DNA of 19,693 bases from Candidatus Bathyarchaeia archaeon (GTDB lineage Archaea > Thermoproteota > Bathyarchaeia > Bathyarchaeales > Bathycorpusculaceae). A program made the translations under genes and the position numbers. The notes beneath the pieces are model-generated. The model ran no database searches. It was not told the DNA's origin and worked only from the letters and a program-made list of their open reading frames with translations. Below are positions 7,983 to 17,108 of the stretch, in pieces. Positions within the stretch are counted from its first letter, which is position 1; every line of letters begins with the position of its first letter. The stretch spans positions 1 to 19,693 of the forward strand of contig JBEKOM010000015.1 of NCBI GenBank assembly GCA_049521795.1, in the 5' to 3' direction.

Positions 7983-9563
7983 ATGGTTGACGATTTCTTC
8001 TTGGGTTTCGCCGGTCATGCGCATACGATGAATGAGTTGGAACTTGACCACCAAAGGGAGTTGGAGGTGAGGGGAAGAAACAGTCCAGAGGAGGCCCAGA
8101 AACTCACCGAGATGATTCTTGATAAACTTGAGAAAGACCTCTTAGGCAGTGGCTACAGTTTTGAGGATGTCAAGCTGTTGATCTTGTGTTCAAGTTACAG
8201 AGGTGAACCTGCTGAGAAGGACAGATTGGTCTGCGGGTCAATTCTGAGGGCTATAGAGAACAGGTTTAGGAAGCACGAGGCGAGCCAGCTCAGACTCATC
8301 GGTCATACGACCGGTGGAGAGTTAGAAAATGAAGACCTCGTGCTTAAGGAGATTTCAGGAGTAGGGTTTAACGGTTTGTCTCTTTTGGCTTTGGTTACAA
8401 ATCTGCCGATTGGTGTGGGCAGAACTTGGGGGCTACGAACAGCGCAAGAAGCAGGAGAACAAGGAAGGGAAATGGCGCGTGACGCATGGGTCGACTTATC
8501 TCAGCAAGCCACGAGCAAAGAGCAACTTCACATAGGAAAGACCATGCTCGTGCTGACTCGAGGGTCGACTGCTGGCACTTCGGGCTACGAGCATTTCTTG
8601 GCAGAGGGAATCGGCAATTTCATGGGCAGCGCTCATGAGACACGAATCATGAACGTAATAGGCGGATGCAGCGGTGACGGGCTCATTGCCCAGCATTTTC
8701 ATCAATTCTATGGAAGGCTGAAAGAGCACTCACTCCCAAAAGCCCTTGACGGAGAAGCCGTGTGCGCCCTGATTCCCAACCTCTGCGAAACCTCGCTCGG
8801 TTTGGACACAAACGCCCTAACCATAATTGGAAAGGAACACACTTTTCATTTCAACCCTGAGAAGGAACCCCACTTCAAATATATCAAACGTATTGACGAA
8901 GAAATTCCCTGGGTTAAGTATACCGAAGCAGCTTATGAAAACGAAGTCAAAATGGCAAAGGAAAAAGGGCTTCCCACACCTGATAAAAAAGCAATTCAAG
9001 GAGCAATTCAAGAAGCTATCGAACTTTCTCGAGCCCAGAAAACGCTACTGGTATTCAATCCAGTCTCGGCCAGATACGCCTTCGCTTTCCCCTTTGGCAA
9101 CTATACTTGCGCTCCGGGCATGCGAGTAGTCGGAGAGGACATTGAACTCATGTTCCCAATCAGAAGTTTCGCACCCGAGATGACTGGCTATTTTGTGACA
9201 TCAGACCATGAGAAAATGCAAAAAGGAGCGCGACGCGTGTTAGATATGCTGAGGGCAGACCAAGGCTTCAACAAGACTGACGCCACGTTCCTAGTTTCCT
9301 GCATCAACAGAAGACTCGCTGAGCTGATGGCAGGCTGCAAATCAGGAACCGAGGCTGAGATACTCAAAGAAGGGCTTTCATCATCACAGATGATAGGATT
9401 CCTGGCATACGGCGAAATGTCATTCACCAATCTCATCCAAGAACCATATACTTACGGACTCAGCCTCTGGGGAATAACGTTTCATTCCAAGAGCGGGAAG
9501 ATTGAATCGAAAGAAAAGAAAACTGAACTTGGGATCAAAGGCTGGATCAAAGGAAAAACATAG
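7983..9563 (+). CDS. Stand-alone FIST (FIST_N + FIST_C) sensory domain protein
   Basis: LIGHTTGGEL and VIGGCSGDG (FIST_N); LVSCINRR and IGFLAYGE (FIST_C). TATA-like TTTATA at ~7948. Confidence 0.85.
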   Translation: MVDDFFLGFAGHAHTMNELELDHQRELEVRGRNSPEEAQKLTEMILDKLEKDLLGSGYSFEDVKLLILCSSYRGEPAEKDRLVCGSILRAIENRFRKHEASQLRLIGHTTGGELENEDLVLKEISGVGFNGLSLLALVTNLPIGVGRTWGLRTAQEAGEQGREMARDAWVDLSQQATSKEQLHIGKTMLVLTRGSTAGTSGYEHFLAEGIGNFMGSAHETRIMNVIGGCSGDGLIAQHFHQFYGRLKEHSLPKALDGEAVCALIPNLCETSLGLDTNALTIIGKEHTFHFNPEKEPHFKYIKRIDEEIPWVKYTEAAYENEVKMAKEKGLPTPDKKAIQGAIQEAIELSRAQKTLLVFNPVSARYAFAFPFGNYTCAPGMRVVGEDIELMFPIRSFAPEMTGYFVTSDHEKMQKGARRVLDMLRADQGFNKTDATFLVSCINRRLAELMAGCKSGTEAEILKEGLSSSQMIGFLAYGEMSFTNLIQEPYTYGLSLWGITFHSKSGKIESKEKKTELGIKGWIKGKT

Positions 9564-9723
9564 TTGGAAAACTGCCTTCACACGATTCGAAAGCACATGA
9601 CAGACTTCTCTTCAAACCCAGATGTGTAGTCTGTTGGCAGAAAGGCAGTCTTAGAAGATGTTGAGAAACTCATCAAAGGTGACAAATCGAAAAAGGCGTT
9701 TTGATCGAACTATGACTCATATC

Positions 9724-9801
9724 GTGCGCCCTGTTTTGTGCATTGTTGAAATACTCTTTTAACAAGCTGGGAGCATATGTTCACTGTTGTGTGACGAGCG
9801 T
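9724..9801 (+). promoter_or_regulatory. Promoter and leader of the nurA-herA-mre11-rad50 operon
   Basis: TTTTAA box at ~9757-9762, about 40 nt before ATG 9802. The sequence is conserved in the duplicate at 4343-4427. Confidence 0.55.
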
Positions 9802-10911
9802 ATGTCTGCAGATGTTTCGAAGAGAGTAGCAGAGTTTCTGGACACGGAGATTGAGGAGCGCGACCTGGGTCAACCGTATTTCGGCAGTTCAGACTTTGAG
9901 CCTTTTCCGTTTCCGCCCATCAGTTTCTTTCCTATCAGAGATGTCAAATCAAGCGTTCGCGCCGCCTACGTTGATGGGGGAAATCAGGAAATATTGGGTG
10001 CCCCCAACTTTTCGGTTCAGATAAACCGGGTGTACTTTAACATTTTTCGAGGAAGGGAAAGAATCCTTCCTAGGTCTTTGCCATCGAAGGTGGAGTTTTA
10101 TTCTGTCACGACGTCAGATTTCAGAGATAACGAGATCTTTTATGACACTAGGGTTTTTCCTCTGAAGGACGAGTTCGCCGAGCTTGTGCCCGACGAGCGT
10201 CACTTGTCGTTCAATTCGCGTGACAGGACGGTCACGGTCGGAACTCGGAGGGCGGATATAAGAACTGTTGCTTCTATGGCGAGGAGGTTTGCCGAGTGGG
10301 AAATATCCAAACACATCATCGAGAAAGAGCTTGAACCGGGCGACCTGATCGTGCACGATGGCTCGCTTCAGACGAGTCACACGAATGAGCAGACGTACAC
10401 TTCGAGAGCGTTCAAAGCTGCGGTGGATAAAGGCGTGATTTTCACTGGGATTTCGAAGACGAGTACGCTGTTCACGACTACTGGTCTTTCACTGTTAGGC
10501 GCTGTGCAGAAGTTGGCCGAAGAAAACGCGGTGAAGGGCCCCTGGTGTGTTCCGATGGCCAAAGTCATAACCGTGCACTATGATGCTTTCATCTACGTGG
10601 TCAAGCTGCATGAGAGTGCCAGGTACGTTTTCAGGTTTGACATTCACGGTGAGCAGGCTAGAAGGATGAGTGAAGAAGACCTGTGCAACGTCACTTCGGT
10701 ATTAGCGGATAATTCAAAAGACATAAGTTTCCCTGGGTATCCTTACGGTCTCATGGACGCGGACACCTTTGCGCATGTGAGCGAGAACGAGGTCAGCAAG
10801 TACCAAGCACTCGTGCTTTCTGAAATAAGTAGACTTGGCAAGTGGAAGAAGATTTCACGGCATGTTAGCTCGGGCGACGCGCACGGCGTGTTGGACGCGC
10901 TTAAGGGTTGA
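9802..10911 (+). CDS. nurA: NurA 5'-3' nuclease (DNA double-strand break resection)
   Basis: AAYVDGG, LIVHDGSL, GISKTS and GYPYGL motifs; first gene of the herA-mre11-rad50 cluster. ATG 9802 preferred over TTG 9787. Confidence 0.85.
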   Translation: MSADVSKRVAEFLDTEIEERDLGQPYFGSSDFEPFPFPPISFFPIRDVKSSVRAAYVDGGNQEILGAPNFSVQINRVYFNIFRGRERILPRSLPSKVEFYSVTTSDFRDNEIFYDTRVFPLKDEFAELVPDERHLSFNSRDRTVTVGTRRADIRTVASMARRFAEWEISKHIIEKELEPGDLIVHDGSLQTSHTNEQTYTSRAFKAAVDKGVIFTGISKTSTLFTTTGLSLLGAVQKLAEENAVKGPWCVPMAKVITVHYDAFIYVVKLHESARYVFRFDIHGEQARRMSEEDLCNVTSVLADNSKDISFPGYPYGLMDADTFAHVSENEVSKYQALVLSEISRLGKWKKISRHVSSGDAHGVLDALKG

Positions 10912-10917
10912 TTAGAA

Positions 10918-12459
10918 ATGGCGTTGGAAGTTTCAGGTCAGATAATCGCTGGGAAAACGGGCCAGATTCTGGTGAGGGAGAAAGCCGGCGGGGAAATTGA
11001 GATAGGCGACCTGCTCGTGGCCGAAGAAGACGGGGCTTACGTGATCCTTCAGGCCTATGAGCTTCTGTACGGAAGCCAAGTGCCGCAGCTCGTGAGAGAA
11101 CTGCTCGCAGGCATGAAGCTTGAAGGGATAGGTGCAGACCTGGATTTTCTTGAGCCACAGCTGCGAAACTACGTCATAGCCCAGATCAAGGCTGTTCTGC
11201 GCGTCAGCGGGAACAATGAGCTGAGGACGCCGAAGACGCTTCCCAGGTTCTTCTCCACGATAAGGCATGTTTCTGAGAAGGATTTGCAGTTTCTGACGAA
11301 GCCGAAAACGCCGGTTTATCTGGGAAAGGTGAGAAGCGGCTCAAAAGTGCTCGATGTCAACGTTTTCGTCGATGGAACAGACATGCTTACCCATCACGTG
11401 CTTATTCCAGCCACAACCGGCAGGGGAAAAAGCAACCTTGTCAAGGTCATGCTCTGGAGCGTATTGGAGCAAGAAGGTATCAGCATACTGGTTTTGGACC
11501 CTCATGATGAGTACTATGGGAGGCATGGGAAGGGGCTGAAGGACCATCCGTCTGCGAAGCAGAACCTGGTGTACTATTCCACAAACCCGGTTCCAGGAAC
11601 CAACACGCTCGTCGTAAACCTGAGGTCTATCATGCCTCAACATTTCCAGGGTATAGTCGCGTTCACTGATGCGCAGCAGGATGCAATATACGCATACTTC
11701 CACAGGTTCGGAGGCGAGTGGATAGAGAACATTGTTCGGGGAACTGATATTGAAGCTGGCGTTGCCCCTAGAACGCTTGAGGTGCTGAAGAGGAGGTTTG
11801 ACAATCTTCTCGGCGTCTACATTGATGACAGCGGCAACATCCGGTGCAGAAGCGGCGTGTTCAGCGACACTGCGGGGATGGCCACGACGAAAGAGATCAC
11901 AAAAGCCTTGGAAGACGGTAAGAAAGTCATCGTTGACACGTCAAAGCTTCTTGACGAGGCCGAACTGCTCATAGGAAGCATCGTGTCAAGCGGGATCTTC
12001 TACAATTATCAGAGGTACAAGTCTGAGGGCACGTTGGAGCGGAAGCCTGTGGTGAGCGTCGTGATTGAAGAGGCGCCGAGGGTTCTCGGAGCCGACGTTA
12101 TCGAAGAACGCGGGAACAGTATCTACAGTACCATAGCGAGGGAAGGCAGAAAGTTCCGAGTAGGCCTGATCGCGATAACGCAGCTTGTCAGCTTGATTCC
12201 GCGAACGATTCTTGCAAACATGAACACGAAGATAATTCTTGGAAACGAGTTGGTAGCTGAAAGACAGGCGGTGATTGACAGCGCCGCACAAGACTTGTCA
12301 TCTGACGATAGAACCATCGCAAGCCTGGACAAGGGAGAAGCAATCGTGAGCAGCAACTTCACCCGGTTCGCTGTGCCCATCCAGATACCATTGTTTGAAG
12401 AGTACGTCGAAGACAAGGCGCAGATGAAGAGAAAAGAGAAAACAGTTTTTGTGGGGTAA
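10918..12459 (+). CDS. herA: HerA helicase/ATPase (HerA/FtsK family, HAS-barrel N-terminus)
   Basis: [13 protein letters not shown] (Walker A), [15 protein letters not shown] (Walker B) and [17 protein letters not shown] (arginine finger/sensor). Confidence 0.92.
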   Translation: MALEVSGQIIAGKTGQILVREKAGGEIEIGDLLVAEEDGAYVILQAYELLYGSQVPQLVRELLAGMKLEGIGADLDFLEPQLRNYVIAQIKAVLRVSGNNELRTPKTLPRFFSTIRHVSEKDLQFLTKPKTPVYLGKVRSGSKVLDVNVFVDGTDMLTHHVLIPATTGRGKSNLVKVMLWSVLEQEGISILVLDPHDEYYGRHGKGLKDHPSAKQNLVYYSTNPVPGTNTLVVNLRSIMPQHFQGIVAFTDAQQDAIYAYFHRFGGEWIENIVRGTDIEAGVAPRTLEVLKRRFDNLLGVYIDDSGNIRCRSGVFSDTAGMATTKEITKALEDGKKVIVDTSKLLDEAELLIGSIVSSGIFYNYQRYKSEGTLERKPVVSVVIEEAPRVLGADVIEERGNSIYSTIAREGRKFRVGLIAITQLVSLIPRTILANMNTKIILGNELVAERQAVIDSAAQDLSSDDRTIASLDKGEAIVSSNFTRFAVPIQIPLFEEYVEDKAQMKRKEKTVFVG

Positions 12460-12463
12460 GACC

Positions 12464-13720
12464 GTGTTCAAATTTGCACATCTCGCAGACTGTCACATAG
12501 GGGCAAACAGAGACCCAGTGTTGGAAAAACTGGAACTAGCCGCGTTCAGCAAAGCCATGGAAACCTGCGTGCAGGAGAAGGTTGACTTTGTTCTGATATC
12601 CGGAGACCTGTTTCACGCCAACCTGCCGGACATGCACGTTGCGAATGAAGCTGTTAAGAAGATGAAGGAGGTCAGGGATGCTGGCATTCCTATCTACGTT
12701 ATCTATGGGAGCCACGATTACAGTCCGAATGCCACGTCGATAATCGATATTCTTGACAGCACGGGGTTGATCAAGAAGGTGGTGAAGGGCGAAGTCGTTG
12801 ATGGTAAGCTCAGGCTGGAAGTTTTCACGGACCCGAAGACGAAGGCGAAGCTCGTCGGCATATCGGGAAGAAAGGCAGGGCTGGAAAAGAACTATTTTGA
12901 GATTCTCGACCGAGAACGCTTAGAAAAAGAAGAAGGTTTCAAAATATTTGCTTTTCACAGCGCTGTCTCAGAGCTGAAGCCAGAATTGCTGGCGCAGATG
13001 GAGTCGATACCGGTGTCTCTGCTGCCTAAAGGCTTTGACTATTACGCAAGCGGTCACGTTCACAAGAAGACGGAATCGGGGTTTCCGGGGTATGAAAGAG
13101 TGGTTTTTCCAGGGGCGCTGTTCGCTGGGTATCCGAGAGACTTGGAGGACTCTGCCAAAGGCGAGGAACGAGGCTTCTACATAGTTTACTTTGATGACAT
13201 AGTGCAAGACGTGAAGTTTATCGAAGTATCCGTGTGCGGCTTCGAGTACTTCGAGTACGATGTGACTGATAAGAACTCGGTGCAGGCGAGAAAAGCCCTG
13301 CTTGAAAAACTAGGCAAGATTGAGGTTCAAGGCAAGATTGCCGTTGTCAAGATAAAGGGAACGCTGTCCGGAGGTAAGACTTCAGAGGTCAGTTCAAGCG
13401 AGATCAGAGACCTGCTGAAAGACAACGGCGCGTTAGAAGTAATCATAAATCGTTACGGGCTGACATCGAAGGATTTCTCGCCGGTCACGGTTAAGGGCGA
13501 AGACATCCCTGCCGTTGAGAGCAGACTTCTCAGAGAGAACATAGGAGCCGTCAAAGTTTCTGCAGAGGACCTGAAAGCCGAAAAGGGCGCGAAACTCGCG
13601 GAGGACTTACTCAAGATTTTGAGGCAGGAGCAGAGGGTTAACGAGACTAAGAAGGATTATGAGGAACGCGTTCAGAAGCACGCTTGGGCTTCGCTGGGCC
13701 TGGGAGATGAAGGTCATTGA
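12464..13720 (+). CDS. mre11: Mre11/SbcD DNA repair exonuclease
   Basis: Metallophosphoesterase motifs [23 protein letters not shown] and SGHVH. GTG 12464 follows a GGGGT SD; the ORF track start is 12449. Confidence 0.92.
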   Translation: MFKFAHLADCHIGANRDPVLEKLELAAFSKAMETCVQEKVDFVLISGDLFHANLPDMHVANEAVKKMKEVRDAGIPIYVIYGSHDYSPNATSIIDILDSTGLIKKVVKGEVVDGKLRLEVFTDPKTKAKLVGISGRKAGLEKNYFEILDRERLEKEEGFKIFAFHSAVSELKPELLAQMESIPVSLLPKGFDYYASGHVHKKTESGFPGYERVVFPGALFAGYPRDLEDSAKGEERGFYIVYFDDIVQDVKFIEVSVCGFEYFEYDVTDKNSVQARKALLEKLGKIEVQGKIAVVKIKGTLSGGKTSEVSSSEIRDLLKDNGALEVIINRYGLTSKDFSPVTVKGEDIPAVESRLLRENIGAVKVSAEDLKAEKGAKLAEDLLKILRQEQRVNETKKDYEERVQKHAWASLGLGDEGH

Positions 13721-15741
13721 TACTTAAATCGCTCAGGCTTGAGAACATCAGAAGCTACAGGGAGCAGGCAATCACTTTTCCTATGGGTACGACGTTGTTT
13801 GAGGGTGACATAGGTTCTGGAAAGTCAACAATCCTGATGGCGATAGAGTTCGCGCTCTTCGGCTTAGGCTCAGAAAAGGGTGGGGCCCTGCTTAAGGCCG
13901 GCGCAAAAAAAGGCCTAGTGACACTGTGCTTCGAAGTTGATGGCAAAGAGTATGAAGCCTGTCGCAGCCTGGAAAGAAAAGCCAAGAGCATCCAGCAGGT
14001 CGACTGCAACCTCAAAACCGAGGGCGCGGTTCTGCATTTATCAGCTTCTGAAATGAAGCAGAGGATTCTTGACATACTCGCTTTTAACGAGCCGGCGGAC
14101 CCGAAGGCGCAGAGCGTCATCTTCAGGTACGCGATTTTCACGCCGCAGGAAGAGATGAAAGCGATCATCTGGATGAGGGCAGACTCTAGGCTGCAGACTC
14201 TTCGGAAAGCGTTCAGAATCGAGGATTACCGAATAGCGCAGGACAACTCGAAGACTCTGGCGAATTCGATTAAGGAAAAGTCGATCAAGCTGGCTTCACA
14301 CGCTGCGGACCTTGAGAGCTGCAGAGAAAAATGTAAGGCAAGAAAGGGCGAAATCGCAAAGTGCGAGGAAGAACTGACAACACTAGGCAGGAACAAGGCG
14401 GATCTTGATGGAAAAGTAACCTCCCTGCGAGAGAAGGTCGATGTGCTAAGGAGAAGCACGGAGTCGCTCGTAAAAGCAGCTGGTGAAGTTCCGCTTTTGG
14501 AAGCAGACATCAAAGACAAGAATAGTGAAGTTGTTAACCTCGAAAATGAGATTCAAGAACTTGAGTCTGAAACAGGGAAGCTGCAGCCCGAGATTGAAAA
14601 GCTGAGCAACATGCCGGAGCCAACGCAGAAGACTGGGGACCAGTTGAAAGAAGAATTAAGGATGGCGAGGCAGAGAGAGCGGGAGATGCGGTCGGCGCAG
14701 GATATCATAGGTGCAAAGATAGGGGATTACGAGTCTGTTGAAAGAAACAAGGTTTGTCCAACGTGCGATAGACCGGCGGAGCCTGAGGAGTTTGAAGAGA
14801 AGATCAGGCTCAAAAAAGAAGAGAAAAGCAAGGCATTAGCAGAAGTCGATTCCTGTGAAATAAGGATCAAAGAAATAGAAGCTCTTCAAGACTCGCTCAG
14901 AGAGTACAATAGAACTCAGGATAGGCTGCAGACTCTAGTCGAACGCGTCAAGAAAGACCAAGAGAGAATAGGAAAGAATCGTGAAAAGACCCAGAGGCTA
15001 AAAGAACAGGTTACGAGTGCAAAGGAAAGGCTTGAGAAGGCTAGGGAACACGTTGAGGAATTCAACAGGGTCTCAGCGGAGATTGACGGACTATCCAGGG
15101 AACTGAAGGAAGACGAGTTGCAGCTCACCAAGGTCGAAAAGGGCATCTCTGGAAGTCAGAGGACCCGTGAAATGCTTACAAGAGAAGTTGACGAACTGGA
15201 AGCAGAGATCCAGGCCAAGGAGAAGGAGAGAAAAACCGCGGAGAGACTGAAGGAATATCAGATGTGGCTTGAAGATTTCTTCATACCTACTTTGCAGTCG
15301 ATCGAGACTCATGTGATGATGAACATAAATCAGGAGTTTAATCAGCACTTTCAGAAGTGGTGGACGATGCTCGTCGACGACCCGGGCAAAGAATCTCGTA
15401 TCGATGAGGATTTTACGCCGATAGTTGAACAGGACGGCTATGAACAGGACTACAACTATCTGAGCGGCGGCGAAAAAACCAGCCTTGCTTTAGCTTATAG
15501 ACTCTCACTCAACACCATCGTGCAGAAGGTCTCATCGGGAATCAAGTCTAACCTGCTGATACTCGATGAACCTACCGACGGCTTCAGTAAAGAACAGCTG
15601 TTCAAGATAAGAGAGATACTAGATGAACTGAAATGCCCCCAAGTCATCATGGTCTCACACGAGAAAGAATTGGAAAGCTTCGCTGATCAAGTCATGAGAA
15701 TCGAAAAGAAAGACGGCATCTCCCAAATAAAGGCTGCATGA
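13717..15741 (+). CDS. rad50: Rad50/SbcC SMC-like ATPase with zinc hook
   Basis: Walker A GDIGSGKST, coiled coils with central CPTC hook (aa 347-350), LSGGE signature, LILDEPT Walker B and VSHE H-loop. TTGA overlap with the mre11 stop. Confidence 0.93.
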   Translation: MILKSLRLENIRSYREQAITFPMGTTLFEGDIGSGKSTILMAIEFALFGLGSEKGGALLKAGAKKGLVTLCFEVDGKEYEACRSLERKAKSIQQVDCNLKTEGAVLHLSASEMKQRILDILAFNEPADPKAQSVIFRYAIFTPQEEMKAIIWMRADSRLQTLRKAFRIEDYRIAQDNSKTLANSIKEKSIKLASHAADLESCREKCKARKGEIAKCEEELTTLGRNKADLDGKVTSLREKVDVLRRSTESLVKAAGEVPLLEADIKDKNSEVVNLENEIQELESETGKLQPEIEKLSNMPEPTQKTGDQLKEELRMARQREREMRSAQDIIGAKIGDYESVERNKVCPTCDRPAEPEEFEEKIRLKKEEKSKALAEVDSCEIRIKEIEALQDSLREYNRTQDRLQTLVERVKKDQERIGKNREKTQRLKEQVTSAKERLEKAREHVEEFNRVSAEIDGLSRELKEDELQLTKVEKGISGSQRTREMLTREVDELEAEIQAKEKERKTAERLKEYQMWLEDFFIPTLQSIETHVMMNINQEFNQHFQKWWTMLVDDPGKESRIDEDFTPIVEQDGYEQDYNYLSGGEKTSLALAYRLSLNTIVQKVSSGIKSNLLILDEPTDGFSKEQLFKIREILDELKCPQVIMVSHEKELESFADQVMRIEKKDGISQIKAA

Positions 15742-15776
15742 AGACCAGTGCTAGCCGCTTTTCGAATTATCAGGTA

Positions 15777-15849
15777 TCATTATTTTTATTTCTCTAAACC
15801 TTAGTGATTCAGAAATAACTACTAAGAAAATGAGAAAAAAATATAATGA
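15777..15849. promoter_or_regulatory. Long imperfect inverted repeat in the abiE promoter (candidate AbiEi operator)
   Basis: Arms 15777-15794 and 15832-15849 are 16/18 complementary, with inner arms CTTAGT (15800-15805) and ACTAAG (15821-15826). The region is AT-rich, so some matching is expected by chance. Confidence 0.5.
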
Positions 15850-15884
15850 AGATTGACGTATTATTCCAATAGGTGGTGTCAGAA

Positions 15885-17102
15885 ATGGAACGTGATCTAG
15901 AAGCGTATGTTTCAAGAGAGATTATGAGGCTTTATGGAAAACATAAGCTGATAGCAACGAATGAAACACTCCCGGGCAAAGTTAAAATTGACTTCCATCT
16001 GAAAGACGCGAATGATGCTGATGTGTTCGTAGAGATCTCAAACCGTAGAATAGAACGTTCCATGCTCAGCAAGATACTCAACCTGTATTCTTCGATTTCT
16101 AACATTGAGCCTTCTTTAAAGAAATTCGAGTTAGTGATCATCGGGCGTGAGGTTGCTTCATCAGTGAAAAGGGAGCTTGAGAAACTTCCTATCAGGCTTC
16201 TTACATTCAGAGAGCTAGGCATAACGAAGACAAAACTGCTGGAGATTGAAGAGGAGCGAAGACAGTTTAAAATTAGAAAACTGTCTCCCGAAGAAGCCAG
16301 CTTAGTGGCCAGGTGGGAGATTGAGAAGAAGACTACTATTCGACCGATAGATGTTCAAGAAATTCTGCGTTGCACGCTTGATCAGGCCTACTTTCTGCTT
16401 CATAAGCTGGAACGGAAGAAGTGGCTTGAAAGAATAAACAACGGTATCTACCAGTTTGTCCCCGCCGCCTATGGTATATATCCAGAGAAAATCCCCCCTG
16501 CCAACGCCTTCGTAGTTGGAGCAGCATTTGTAGAGCCATATTACTTCAGTTACTATACGGCGAATAGTCACTATGGTTTCACTACCCAGATGCCCTTTAC
16601 TTTGTTCATTGCGACACCAAAGAAGAAGCCCAATGTCGAATGGCAGAGTGTCACCTTTAGATTTGTGACGTTGTCAAAAGAGAAATTCTTCGGTTTTCGT
16701 AGCGAAGGGGTTTTCGGTGTTGAAGTGTGTATGGCTGAACCGGAGAAGTCTTTAGTTGATTCTTTTGACAAGCCACATTATGCTGGAGGAATAGAGCAAC
16801 TGGCAAGAATCACCTGGCTTGGTTTGGCAAGGACGGATCGAAGAAGGTTGGTTGATTATGCGGTTAGAATGAAATCGCACGCGTTGGTTCAACGATTGGG
16901 GTTCATCCTTGACTTCTTGGTCAAGGAAGGATTGACTACACCGCTGACTTCTAACCTTAGAACTGCGTTGTTGAACCATGTTGGGAAGACGCCGATCTAT
17001 CTTGACAGGAAAAAGGCGAAGTCTGGTTCCTACGTCAGAGAATGGAAAGTTGTCAACAACATGTCTAGAGAACAACTTCTGAGCGAAATTGAAGTGCGGT
17101 GA
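15885..17102 (+). CDS. abiEi: Type IV TA antitoxin, AbiEi family (wHTH + AbiEi C-terminal domain), with an extra N-terminal NucS/PD-(D/E)XK-like domain
   Basis: LHKLERKKWLERINNGIY (wHTH wing), YYFSYYTANSHYGFTTQMP and EPEKSLVDSFDKPHYAGG are typical of COG5340/AbiEi; it lies upstream of an AbiEii toxin. ATG 15885 follows an AGGTGGTG SD; alternative GTG 15873. Confidence 0.85.
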   Translation: MERDLEAYVSREIMRLYGKHKLIATNETLPGKVKIDFHLKDANDADVFVEISNRRIERSMLSKILNLYSSISNIEPSLKKFELVIIGREVASSVKRELEKLPIRLLTFRELGITKTKLLEIEEERRQFKIRKLSPEEASLVARWEIEKKTTIRPIDVQEILRCTLDQAYFLLHKLERKKWLERINNGIYQFVPAAYGIYPEKIPPANAFVVGAAFVEPYYFSYYTANSHYGFTTQMPFTLFIATPKKKPNVEWQSVTFRFVTLSKEKFFGFRSEGVFGVEVCMAEPEKSLVDSFDKPHYAGGIEQLARITWLGLARTDRRRLVDYAVRMKSHALVQRLGFILDFLVKEGLTTPLTSNLRTALLNHVGKTPIYLDRKKAKSGSYVREWKVVNNMSREQLLSEIEVR

Positions 17103-17108
17103 CAACGA

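Noticed and set aside
1019-9563. Integron cassette array interpretation of the accessory genes
   Set aside because: Genes lie in mixed orientation with their own promoters, no integrase is in the window, and I could not find consistent RYYYAAC...GTTRRRY attC sites.
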